The position numbers and the translations under genes were made by a program. DNA of 64,000 bases from Octopus vulgaris (Eukaryota): contig OX597819.1 in NCBI GenBank assembly GCA_951406725.2, forward strand, positions 15,376,001 through 15,440,000, read 5' to 3'. Within the stretch, counting starts at the first letter, position 1. The number at the start of each line of letters is the position of its first letter. Below the pieces are notes generated by a model. That model did not search any database and was not told the origin of the DNA. It saw only the letters and a program-made list of their open reading frames with translations. Of this stretch, positions 40,764 to 51,416 are shown piece after piece.

Positions 40764-43700
40764 CGCAGGAGTGGCTGTGTGGTAAGTAGCTTGCTAACCA
40801 ACCACATGGTTCCGGGTTCAGTCCCACTGCGTGGCATCTTGGGCAAGTGTCATCTGCTATAGCCCCGGGCCGACCAATGCCTTGTGAGTGGATTTGGTAG
40901 ACGGAAACTGAAAGAAGCCTGTCGTATATATGTATATGTATATATATGTATGTATGTGTGTGTTTGTGTGTCTGTGTTTGTCCCCCTAGCATTGCTTGAC
41001 AACCGATGCTGTTGTGTTTACGTCCCCGTCACTTAGCGGTTCGGCAAAAAGAGACCAATAGAATAAGTACTGGGCTTACAAAGAATAAGTCCTGGGGTCG
41101 ATTTGATCGACTAAAGGCGGTGCTCCAGCATGGTCGCAGTCAAATGACTGAAACACGTAAAAGAATAAAAGAATAAAGTACAGTACTGTTTCTACTTTGC
41201 GGCTTTTCACCTATTGGGTTTTGGAATGTAACAACCACGATAGTCGAGGGGTTACTGTAGATCTAATTAGAGCAGGTGAGACAAAGGTAAGTGCAAAATG
41301 GAAAAAGTATTACTTTCTGATGAAGAGACATCGTCGTAGAGTTTAGCTGGCTGCTGCTGATTCATAGGGACAGCGTTTGGATCTTTTCCTAAATAATAAT
41401 CCACAATCCGACTTGCAGCTGGAATGAAAAAAAAGAAAAAAAAAACCCCCAGAAGTTGCAGACTCAAAAATTTCTGCTCAAAATAAATATGTAACATGTC
41501 TGGAAAACACTACAACAAAAAATGCCACTAAAATGGCTATAAGAATCTTGCCAACTGTGGAATTTTTGTGACCTGATGTACTTTTGACACCCTCATTAAT
41601 GTCTCATAGTTGTCTCCTATCTCTTACGAGTTACCTCCGCCTTTGCTAAGGCAGAGGTATTGTTTTTCAGTTGTGTTTGTTTGTTTGTCTGTGGTCAAGA
41701 TATCTCAAGAACCACTGGATGGATTCAGATGAAACTTTCAGGGATATTTGGCCTCATGACTGGCACGAACTGATTAGATCTTGAGATCAATCTGGTGCCG
41801 GACAAGTATTCTGGACTATTTTTGAGTTTGCTTCTTTTTTCTACTAGATATTGAACAATCTATGTTGTATATATTTGAAATGAATTATGCTTGGGCATAA
41901 CAATCTTAATTTTCTAAAAAAATGTTCCAGACTTTTGGCCACAACAGTATATATGTACGATAGGCTTCTTTCAGGTTCATCTAACAAAACCATTCACAAG
42001 GCTTTCGTTGGCCCAAGGTTATATTAGAAGACACTTGTCCAGTGTAATGGAGTGGGACTGAACCCAAAACCATGTGGCTGAGAAGCAACCTTCTTACCGC
42101 ACAGCCACGTCTGTGTAGAAAAAAAATTATAAAAATGCAAAAATGTAATTTATTAGGCTGCTAATAAATACGGCAATGAAATTAAAAGGGGATAACAAAT
42201 TAGAAGGAATATCTGTGATGTGTAATGTTTTTTACCTGTCGACCTCCGTGGTGTTGAAGTAGCTGGGGACGTTGTGTTATTACTGGTATTTGCTGAACAT
42301 TTCAATGCTTTATCACGTGCTTCCTAATGAAAGGAAATATAATTAAAAATAAAATAGTTTGTTAACGAGAGCAGAGAAGGTAGACATAAGGAGGTAGCAT
42401 CCACCATATGTTGGTGATCTCCTACCATTCCTGGTGGAAGATGCTTTTGCACTCCTCAAGCAACGACCCTCCAACCCATAGCTCTGTTTGGGTAGTCATT
42501 GCTGGTGAGGGTTCTATGAGGTCGGAGAGCAAATGCTACCTCAATCTCTTTCCATTGCCTTTTTATGACATGCAGAGGAAACGGATCTATTCGTTGACAT
42601 GCTGGTCCCCACACAGGAGGGTAGGTCACATAAAACAGAAATAACATCATAAGATATCGTTTAACCAAATCTTTTTCTAACATTAAACTCTTAAAGTTTT
42701 GCAGTGATTTCTTCATGTAATTCTCTCAACCCTCTAAAAAAACTGGAGATTTTGATGGAAATACAGTTAGTCTAGTATAAAAATCCTCATATTTACAATA
42801 GCTTCAATGTCTGTAAATTTAGCGACATACGATTTACAGGAAGAATAAATGGAAAAAGCTTTAAAAATATAAAAGATCAATTCTTTTCTACTCTAGGCAC
42901 AAGGCTCGAAATTTTTGGAGCGGGGGGAGCAGTCGATTAGATCGACCCCAGTATGCAACTGGTACTTAATTTATTGACCCCAAAAGGATGAAAGGCAAAT
43001 TTGACCTCGGTGGAATTTGAACTCAGAATGTAGCAGCAGACGAAATACCGCTAAGCATTTCACCCAGTGTGCTAACATTTCTGCCAGCTTGCCGCCTTAA
43101 AAATTATAAATAATCTTTTCTACTCTAGGCACAAGCCCCGAAATTTTAGGGGAGGGGCAAGTCGATTAGATTGACCCCAGTATGCAACTGGTACTTAATT
43201 TATTGACCCCGAAAAGACGAAAGACAAAGTAAACCTTGGTAGAATTTGAACTTAGAACGTAAAGACAGACGAAATACCGCTATTTCACCCAGTGTGCTAA
43301 CGTTTCTGCCAGCATGCCACATCATAAAAGATCAAATTATTGAGAAAAGAAATAAACCTCCCAGAGCTATCTCACCAAGGAAACAGGAAAAAAGAAGAAA
43401 AAAACAGAGGTTGCGCACACCAGAACAAATAACATGTTTAGCTGTGTCTCAAAGACAGGATTGCAAAGGCTGTGGAGAATGGTCAGCAACACTCACTGCA
43501 ACAGCCACCTCGCCTTGCAGGGCTCATTTCTCAGATGGGCCACTGATATCCAAATTTTGTGGAGGAAAGCAGCAGTGTGGGGTTCGAGAACAGAATCCTT
43601 GATGGTTACTGGCACAAACTGATAATGGTCAGTCAGGCCCCTGTACTTCTTTATTGTCCTTGAAATGAGGCCCACAAAGTGAGGTGGTTGTTGTAGCAAG

Positions 43701-46700
43701 TGTCACTGGCCATTCTTGGCAACAATGCCTTTGCAATTATGTCTGTGAGGTGCAGCTGAACATGCCATTTGGTCTGGGGTGTACAACCTGTAATTCCCTC
43801 CCAACATTTTTCTTTCTCTTTGTTTACATCTGTAAATTGATACCATTTCACATAAACCATCTCAAACATGTAGGGAGCACAGACAGCTGTAAAATAGTTA
43901 AACCCTCTCATCACACACACCGGGAAGATAGTTGTGAAACAGTTAACCCTTTCGTTACTGTATTATTTTGAGATGCTCTGCCAGAGGCAGTTTCAGCCGG
44001 GTTGGAATCAAAAGGGTTAAGAATTGTTTCTCTATTATATATTCTCTTTCGTTTAAAGAAACTTTGTATGTAGGATCCAGAGTGATTTTTCAAGAGTTTT
44101 TTTTTAAGAGTCGTATATTCCTTCAAATACGATAATTTGTACCTGTGACAATCAAACTCTTTCGTTACCATAATTCTGTTGAGATGCTCTGTGTTTCTTT
44201 CAATTAATTTCAAATATAACAAAGAATTTAGTAAAATAACTTAGTTATCATTAAGCTAGTGTTAGGAACATAAATTGTGACTAAAGTTTGGTGGAAGATT
44301 TTAATTAAAAACTTATGAAAACAAGACATTTGTACTACAGAGTACTACAACCCCAGCTTCAGCAGGGTTGTTAATGAAAGGGTTAAAACCATAGTATAAA
44401 CCATCCCAAGGTGGCAGGCAAGGATAAAAATAAATATTAATACATTATAGTTTGGCTGTGAGCTGGCAGAACTGTTAGCAGCATTACATCCATCTTCACA
44501 TTCTGAGTTTTAGCTATGTCATATTTGATCAACAAGAAAGAAAAATGGTTTTACAAACCTGAGCATGGACTGATTTAGCATGACGCAAGATGGAGATGAC
44601 ATCACCCAGCAATGTGATCCCCATGTCTTTGAGATATTCTTTTGTCAAGTCAAGCAACATGTCCTTCTGTATGCGGTTATCAGTGAAAGTTACAGCATAA
44701 TTCGTAGCTTCTCCAGGAGGAATTCCAGCATTCACAAAGAAGTTGAGCCAATATGGCATCTGAGAAGTTTCTAAACAAACAAAATCAAATACAGCAATTG
44801 AGTTTCAGAAATATTTATCCCACAGAAATATTTTACATAGGAGAAAAACAAAAAAAAACAAACAAGCTAAAACGTCAAATGAATAAAGGAAACCCTTTGT
44901 AGTTGCCTGCCAAATCTCCTTCGCATGAAACCTTAACCTGACTTGGCAGACACCCATAAAATTATCAACCATCGTACGAACAATAACTCTGAGCACCTTT
45001 TCAAACTCCACCCGTCTAACACCCGTGGACATATTTACAAAGTCAAAAAACAGCACAGCTCCCATGACTTTAGGAAACATTTTTTCACGCTGAGAGTTGC
45101 TGAAGCATGGAACAAACTGCCGGCATCAGTTATTAGTTGTCGGAGCACTGCATCCTTCAAAACTTCCATGCTTTCTGAGATTCGCCTACACTACACCTGA
45201 TTTTCTCCCCTCCATACACACACAAGCATGTATCTGACTCATACACTGTTCACTTTCCAGACATTTGTACATTACTGCATATAATTTATATGCACTGTCT
45301 GACAAGTTGTGGTGCACCTGAGCACTGTATACAATAATTTCATTATTATTATAAAAGTAAAACAGGATGACTATTCACTATAATATAGTCACATACTTGG
45401 AACAAAGGTCATGGCTGGAATACATTCAAGTATAAAGTTTGTTGCGACAGGCCTGACCTGGGGTTAAATGACAACTTAATTTAATAATAATCTAATTCGT
45501 TTCACGTCCCTAAGAAGGAGCAAGATGGTAATGAATAGAAAAAGGGATACATCGAAAAGTGGATTGCTGTATCCTAAGACAAAGAGAAAAGTGACAACAT
45601 AAGATATGTTTCTGTGTTATTGGACCTCATCAGTAAACACAGCAGAACCCGGTTCAAACTTCATCACTTATACTGTGCACATTGCTTTTGCTGGCCTTAA
45701 AGGTGGGAAAATAAAAGTTTGAGAACACATTGTGTTTTTAAACTTTTACACCCATAATGGAATCTTGGCGTTTGTTACTCTTTTACTCTCTCTTTTACTT
45801 GTTTCAGTCATTTGACTGCGGCCATGCTGGAGCACCACCTTTAGTCGAGCAAATCGACCCCGGGACTTATTCTTTGTAAGCCCAGTGCTTATTCTATCGG
45901 TCTCTTTTTGCCGAACCGCTAAGTGACGGGGACGTAAACACACCAGCATCGGTTGTCAAGCAATGCTAGGGGGACAAACACAGACACACAAACACACACA
46001 TACATATATACGACAGGCTTCTTTCAGTTTCCGTCTACCAAATCCACTCACAAGGCATTGGTCGGCCCGGGGCTATAGCAGAAGACACTTGCCCAAGATG
46101 CCACGCAGTGGGACTGAACGCGGAACCATGTGGTTGGTTAGCAAGCTACTTACCACACAGCCACTCCTGCACCTATGTTGCTTGATTTTTTTTTTAAAGT
46201 TTACTTTAATTTCGCTTATTTATGATAGCAATAAAAAAAAAATTTTTTTTAATAAAACAAAGTTACTTTAAATTCATCAGAGTGATTAAGGGTATCAAAT
46301 AAAATACAAACAGCTGGGAATATATCAAATCAATCGAGGAGTTAATATTAAGCATTTTTGAAATAAAGTAAAAAATCTAAATATATGAAAAAAATCTGGA
46401 TAAATCTTTATATATAAAAGTGAAGTTGTGTGTCTGTCTCCTACGATTTAGATTCCTAACTACTCCCACATTTTGCAGTGCAGTTTAACCAAAACCGGGT
46501 ATCTTATAGTCGTGATTCATATCGAGCCCTTCTGGGTATTAGCGCACGTCTACGATGAGTCTACGATTTAAAAAAAATTTACCATCATTTTTTTCCATTT
46601 TAATGCATTTTTTCGCTATTATATAAGGAAAGTAACTCTCTAAAAATGTCTACGATGAGTCAACGATTTAAAAAAAAATTTACCATCATTTTTTGCTATT

Positions 46701-47906
46701 TTTTGGCTATAACTCTCTAAAAATGCTTATATAGTTATTTCCCTTACAAACCCGAGCAACGCCGGGCGATACTGCTAGTTTTATATATTTTAAAACAGAG
46801 AGAATGCAGTTAACATACAATTGACCAGACAAAGGAGTAGAAGAGACAGGGAAATCACGAGTTTTACACGATTTAACTCCATCCTTTTTATGTTCTGAAC
46901 TCATCTCACCTGGATCAATTTTGGTTTTCATACCTCGGGGGTCGATAAATTTACCAGGATAGATAACATTAAAGTGATTTATACTGAATATCGTTCTTTT
47001 TTTTTTTTTTTCTCCTCTGTAAAATATTTGCCTTCAAGTCAAACGAGAAAACCCTTTAAATAATGCGGGGTCGCTCGACCGGGGGCGATTCGCCTTGCCT
47101 TAATAACGCCGTAAGTCAACTCAAAAGAAAATACAAAACAGAAATCAGAATAACAGAATACAAACATGAATATCGTTATATTTTTCTAAACAAACAAGAA
47201 TCCAAACACGTATTGTCAATCATGTTTACAGTATTATTACATAAGTATAAATATATGTAATTTATATAATGTTTAACATGGTTATATAATATTTACCATG
47301 GTTATTCTTGTTTAATCTAACCTAGGATTGTTTGTATGAAACAGATTATTTAATATACAAATAATATTCTTTATTCCTTAAGAATATCTAATGACGTTCG
47401 TGTTTGTATTTTATTCTGTTATTCTGGTTTCTGTTTGTATTTACTTCTGAAAAGGCCGTAACAGGAATGATCGGTCACCGACCTGTTAGAAATAGCAGCG
47501 AATTCGTCGTCTAAAGAAAAAAAAAAACCCCACGTTATACTGTATAATGTAGTTCTGGGGTAGACAATGACTAAAAAAAAATGGGTTACGGCTGGAAAGC
47601 TTTTGCTAATTCAGAACTGATTTAGGGTTAAATAATAACATTTGTCTTGTGCCGAATCGGAACTGAAAAGTCAGTGCGACTATATCGATCTATCTGCGTG
47701 GAGTTGGGGGTAAATGTTTTCAAGAAGCACCTGGATCTTCTGTTGTCCAAGATCCAAGATAAACCTCTATATCAATGCAACAATACCAAACTGGCCTATT
47801 CACTACTTAAGGCCAACTAACTATATGAAAATGGGCATTGAAAAAAGTGATGAAATGGTAATGCCCCAGCAAGGCCACAGCCTTTGGGCTGGAACACTCA
47901 AAGGAA

Positions 47907-48001
<95 letters not shown>

Positions 48002-48771
48002 ATATATATATATATATATATATATCTATATATTATATATATATCTATATATATATCTATATATCTATATATATATCTATATATCTATATATATATCTAT
48101 ATATCTATATATATATCTATATATCTATATATATATCTATATACATATATATATAAGCAGTGGGGAGGCTCTCGTCTTTCTGAAACTAAAATATCTATGG
48201 CCGTTTGTTGTTGATTGTTATTTTCCTTTCTTACTTATGCTAGGATTTGTTTTAAGTAAACAATCGTTTCTAACACAGACACAAGGCAATAAATGTGAGA
48301 TTAGGGAACAGTTGATTCAATCGACATCAGTATATTTATTAAAAAAAACCCAGAAGGGTGAAAGAGGTGACTTTAGAAGAAACTGAGAGAGAAATATAAC
48401 GAAATCCTGCAGTAATTAAAATTAAGAATAATAATGTATATTTTTAGAATGTTATTTACGGTTTCTAAAGTATAATGAAGATAAACCTCCCACACCACTG
48501 TAAATTAAATAATTAAAGCTAAATATAAATTTAAAAAATAGTCGGATAAGAAATAAATATTTTGAGCTATAAATAAAAACATTCGAGAAACGTGAATGGA
48601 AAAAAGTTGACTTTTGGGCAAATACGAAATCGAATCGAAACATAATAAGGTGGAGATCTGGAGATATTAGTAAGGTAAATAAGTGTCAGAAATAAAGAGC
48701 CATTTGTGTTGGTTTATAAGCTGGGAAAATGTGGAAAATTTGAGAAAGTTGATAATTTTACCTCCAGCCAT
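25495..48771 (-). CDS. C19orf47: C19orf47-like gene (N-terminal SAM-like domain, repeated (S/G)VFxRLG motifs), 8 coding exons, 1200 nt = 399 aa + stop
   Basis: Exons 48771-48762, 44770-44559, 42323-42236, 41418-41314, 37948-37797, 35982-35667, 33482-33303 and 25631-25495 join in frame with GT-AG sites. [55 protein letters not shown] and C-terminal GVFSRLGR match the C19orf47 family as I recall it. Confidence 0.88.
27571..27689. repeat. Degenerate hairpin element
   Basis: TTTACAAGGA..GTTTTGGCTT / AAGCCAAAAC..TCCTTGTAAA. Confidence 0.6.
28624..28851. mobile_element. piggyBac-like MITE
   Basis: TTAA|CCCTTTTGTTACT ... AGTAACGAAAGGG|TTAA. Confidence 0.78.
29317..29690 (+). mobile_element. SINE family A, diverged
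   Basis: Homology to other copies. Confidence 0.78.
30757..30983 (-). mobile_element. SINE family B with 12-bp TSD, inserted into another repeat (30710-31440)
   Basis: TSD CTGCTCAATACC at 30745-30756 and 30984-30995. Confidence 0.83.
32010..32188 (+). mobile_element. R4/Dong-clade LINE 3' end
   Basis: [18 protein letters not shown] followed by an (AAT)n tail. Confidence 0.68.
32337..32552. repeat. 31-34 bp minisatellite, about 7 copies
   Basis: TATAAAGATATCAAATTGCTAATTAAAGAAT units. Confidence 0.85.
32672..32891 (-). mobile_element. SINE family B
   Basis: Homology to other copies. Confidence 0.75.
32905..33070 (+). mobile_element. RTE-clade reverse transcriptase fragment
   Basis: [23 protein letters not shown]...IW*SL. 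Confidence 0.65.
33303..33482 (-). CDS. C19orf47: C19orf47-like exon 7
   Basis: ccccag|CTTCT...AAAAAAG|gtaaag; contains SVKQRLG. Confidence 0.82.
35667..35982 (-). CDS. C19orf47: C19orf47-like exon 6
   Basis: ccatag|GTATCA...TGTAACA|gtgagt; contains SVFARLG and LEYAGILK. Confidence 0.85.
37123..37508 (+). mobile_element. SINE family D with 15-bp TSD, nested in a family-C element
   Basis: Near-identical to 8291-8663; TSD CATTATGCCAAAGGT at 37108-37122 and 37509-37523. Confidence 0.85.
37797..37948 (-). CDS. C19orf47: C19orf47-like exon 5
   Basis: ttatag|AGTGG...TCAAAG|gtttgt; encodes [16 protein letters not shown]... Confidence 0.83.
38046..38662 (+). mobile_element. Family C element with alternating 48/61-bp minisatellite
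   Basis: Unit starts at 38048, 38096, 38157, 38205, 38266, 38314, 38375 and 38436. Confidence 0.8.
39109..39312. mobile_element. pogo/Tc1-like MITE; second 3' half at 41179-41259
   Basis: TA|CAGTAACCTCTCG..ATCG ... CGATAGTTGAAGGATTACT; the second end reads GAGGGGTTACTG|TA. Confidence 0.55.
39316..39742 (-). mobile_element. SINE family A, young subfamily
   Basis: Reverse complement of 40762-41178. Confidence 0.82.
39985..40366 (-). mobile_element. Helitron-like copy with the same 3' end but a different 5' body
   Basis: Shared 3' end GCCGGGCGATACTGCTAG|T; 5' end A|TCTCTCTCTATATAAACGGCAG. Confidence 0.7.
40370..40712. repeat. Foldback element with about 90-bp arms, each with a hammerhead-like motif (Penelope-derived)
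   Basis: 40370-40463 is the reverse complement of 40621-40712. Confidence 0.75.
40618..40665 (+). ncRNA. Minimal type-I hammerhead ribozyme-like motif
   Basis: GUCU CCGAUGA A GGGAUAU-AAUAA-AUAUCCU G GAAA C-AGCU-G UU AGAC. Confidence 0.5.
40762..41178 (+). mobile_element. SINE family A, young subfamily
   Basis: Full length; diagnostic variants present. Confidence 0.82.
41314..41418 (-). CDS. C19orf47: C19orf47-like exon 4
   Basis: Polypyrimidine tract, ttccag|CTGCAAGT...GAAA|gtaata; encodes [14 protein letters not shown]... Confidence 0.82.
41631..41825 (+). mobile_element. DINE-1/Helentron-like non-autonomous fragment
   Basis: TTACCTCCGCC...GGCAGAGGTA hairpin, then GTTT/GTCT microsatellite and GATGGATT..GATGAAACTT core. 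Confidence 0.55.
42236..42323 (-). CDS. C19orf47: C19orf47-like exon 3
   Basis: cattag|GAAGCA...TCGACAG|gtaaaa; encodes [10 protein letters not shown]...TPRRST. Confidence 0.82.
42882..43318 (-). mobile_element. Two adjacent SINE family B copies
   Basis: Two units of about 215 bp in the same orientation. Confidence 0.75.
43440..43770 (-). mobile_element. Degenerate CRE-like restriction-like endonuclease (RLE) C-terminal fragment
   Basis: [17 protein letters not shown]...[10 protein letters not shown] parallels 50344-50673. Confidence 0.5.
43943..44386. mobile_element. Composite piggyBac-like MITE insertion
   Basis: TTAA|CCCTTTCG...GAAAGGG|TTAA with two MITE units and an intervening segment. 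Confidence 0.72.
44559..44770 (-). CDS. C19orf47: C19orf47-like exon 2 (SAM-like domain)
   Basis: gtttag|AAACTTCTCAG...GCTCAG|gtttgt; encodes [12 protein letters not shown]...HAKSVHAQ. Confidence 0.92.
44940..45352 (+). mobile_element. CR1-type LINE 3' end
   Basis: [27 protein letters not shown] followed by a UTR and (ATT)n tail. Confidence 0.78.
45777..46173 (-). mobile_element. SINE family A, young subfamily
   Basis: Full length; diagnostic variants present. Confidence 0.82.
46405..46778 (+). mobile_element. Helitron-like copy 4
   Basis: A|TC...CTAG|T ends. Confidence 0.78.
47910..48155. repeat. (TA)n/(TATATC)n microsatellite
   Basis: Seen directly. Confidence 0.95.
48762..48771 (-). 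CDS. C19orf47: C19orf47-like coding exon 1 (MAG, phase 1)
   Basis: CCAAC ATG GCT GGA G|gtaaaa; phase joins exon 2 as G|AA ACT TCT CAG ATG. Confidence 0.7.
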
Positions 48772-48884
48772 GTTGGAAGACGGATGCCGATTCTAATTAA
48801 ATTATAATTATGTGCAGCAGGAGATGGTAGACCAATGTGACAAAAGACCTTTAAATGAATACATTTTGTTGTGGTTTGATTTAT

Positions 48885-49207
48885 GGGATCTTTTCACTTT
48901 GACCGGCAGATTTTTGAAATAATTTCTTTGTAACTAAACACTTTTAAACTTCGTATACTGGTAGTGTGTTACATAAAACATCTTTTTCTCTTGGCTTTCT
49001 TGAGAAAATTCTGTAGTTTGTAAGCTGTTGAAATTGCCGAAATGCAAGAAATTAAACAACAAATAGCGTACAAACTACAGAATTTTCTTAAGAAAGCCAA
49101 GAGAAAAAGATGTTTTATAAACACATTCTACCAGTATATGAAGTTTAAAAGTGTTTAGTTACAAAGAAATTATTTTTAAAATCTGCCGGTCAAGGCGAAA
49201 AGATCCG
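48885..49207. mobile_element. MITE with about 140-bp terminal inverted repeats, just upstream of the C19orf47-like start
   Basis: GGATCTTTTC..CTGTAGTTTGTA arms pair with TACAAACTACAG..GAAAAGATCC. Confidence 0.85.
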
Positions 49208-49849
49208 ATTTATAGAGGTATCATACCACACAAGGCTAATTTATTTTTACAAAGAGACCTCAAATTATTAATATTTAATCTAAGGGTCATGAAAGGATAA
49301 AGGGACAAGAAAATCGTCACAGTACTTAGACATAGAATTGTTAGATTAAAATTAAATAGTGACGTCTTTAGCTTATCTGACACTTGTACCACTTCTTTCT
49401 CTACTTGACATACGCACATTGCTTTCTGTTGAAGAATGTAAACGTGGACATTAGAGAAATATAAGATGGGACATAAATTTGGTGGAGTTGGAGAGGATGT
49501 GTAGGTCGTGTGGGACTCAGAACATCCAAAATTAAATTCTTTTTACACGTACAAACGTACGTGTCAGGTGAATCGAGACGAACGACTGGATTTTGATCTT
49601 TGATTGTTGCAGGTACAAATTATCGTATTTGAAGGAATATACGACACTTTAAAAAAAAATAGCTCTCAAAAAATCACTCTGGATCCTACATATGAAGTTT
49701 CTTTAAATATGGGGTTTACTGCACTAAAAACTTCTTTTTTTACCTGAGTACATGCTGCTGAAATTGGGGTCTATTACTATCTCTTCCCTGTTTTCTTTCT
49801 TGAATCCATGCTTGTTCCTCTTTGGTATGCAACGTCCTCTCCTTTCCAA

Positions 49850-50673
49850 CATGGACTAGTTCCAACAGGGAGATGGATGAAGCTCTGTTACAATGGAAAG
49901 AAAGCTGGGTTTGTTAGTTCCCAACACAGCTGAGGATAGATGGAAGCAGAGAGTACAGGACAATCTGCACTTAGGTACTACTTTCAACTTTCTCTTTGAG
50001 CAGTCTGATCAATTTTCAAGGTGTCACTACTTTCTGCAGGTGAAAATTCTCAGGATACTTGATTGATGCCCTGCCCATGGCCAACATTGGGGGTTTACAC
50101 AATGTGGGTGAGCTTTGCATCTCCATTGCTCTCAGAGTGGGAGCTGATGTCTGTGGGGGACTGAGATGTTGCTGTGGTAGGCCCCTTAACTCCACAGGCC
50201 TTCATGGTTTGTCCTACTGCCTAAATGCTGGTCATTTCACTTGTCATGCCGAGCAAGCCCTGGCTTCTGTTGATATCCCCCTCGTTTCTGAAGCCAGCAA
50301 GATTATCCAGAAGTGATGGGAAGAGACCAGATAGTCTTACCTTTTGTCCCTGGGCCTCAACTGGGATGTCACAATCTGCAACCCCTTTGCTCTGTCCCAC
50401 ATCCTGGATGCTGCAGTAAATGGGAAAGTCATTTCTTCTGTAGATGAACAGAACAAAATCTTTTTGGCAGTGAACCACTTCTTCCAGCCTGTGGTGTTTG
50501 AGATGTTAACAAGGGCTAGGCTGTTAGCAGTGAAGTTTTTCTCATCTTTGGCAGCTCACCTTACTGAAGTGACAGGTGATGCCTGTGATGCTTGGATTTT
50601 CCAATACTTTAGCCTTGCCATTGCTTGTGGCAATACAGTGAGCGTGCTGGTCTGCTTCAGCAGGTTCCATTGA
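49850..50673 (+). mobile_element. CRE-like non-LTR retrotransposon 3' relic (zinc knuckle plus RLE)
   Basis: LPMANIG..IALRVGA..CCCG..GLHGLSYC..GHFTCH; DGKRPDSLTFCPW; WDVT; FQPVVFE; IFQYFSLAIACGN; frameshifted. Confidence 0.75.
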
Positions 50674-50795
50674 ACCTTGTGGTGTGTGACCAATTGAAGT
50701 GCTTGGTGATGAATGTTTTTTTCTTTCTTCCTTTACTTATGTTTGTGTTTTGTTCAATTCCGGATTTGTATTTTAATGTGGTTTTGTATTATATA

Positions 50796-51185
50796 CTAGC
50801 AGTATCACCTGGCGTTGCTCGGGTTTGTAAGGGAAATAACTATATAAGCATTTTTAGAGATGTAAAGTATAATAGCCATCTCAATATGGCTAACCACAAA
50901 GGGGGGGTGTAGCTTTTTACGTTCTGAGATTTAATAATAAATTTTTAGAGAGTTACTTCCCTTATATATGCCAAAAATGCATTAAAAATGGGAAAAATTG
51001 ATGGTAAATTTTTTTTTAAATCGTAGACTCATCGTAGACGTGCGCTAATACCCAGAAGGGGTCGATATGAATCACGACTATAAGATACCCGGTTTTGGTT
51101 ACACTGCACTGCAAAATGTGGGAGTAGTTAGGAATCTAAATCGTAGGAGACAGACAGCATACAACCTCTCTTTTATATATAAAGA
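50796..51185 (-). mobile_element. Helitron-like copy 5
   Basis: Reverse complement of the same family, with an extra internal segment. Confidence 0.78.
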
Positions 51186-51416
51186 TGTATCATATACATA
51201 AGTATTATATATGTAATAGATTAATAATTATACTCTAATGTGACAGTGCATCTTTTATGCCACCAAATATTGCACTTGGCTGCTGAAAAGGTATGAAACT
51301 TTCAACTCCTTGAATACAACAGAATTGAAGTTATTATTTCCTGCTGAGCAAAGTAGGATCTGCTGAACTATTATTTATTTTTATAAAAAGCAAGAAAACA
51401 ACAGAAAGTTCCATAT

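Noticed and set aside
44529-44759. Stand-alone 76-aa SAM-like ORF
   Set aside because: It is exon 2 of the spliced gene; the ORF end runs into the intron.
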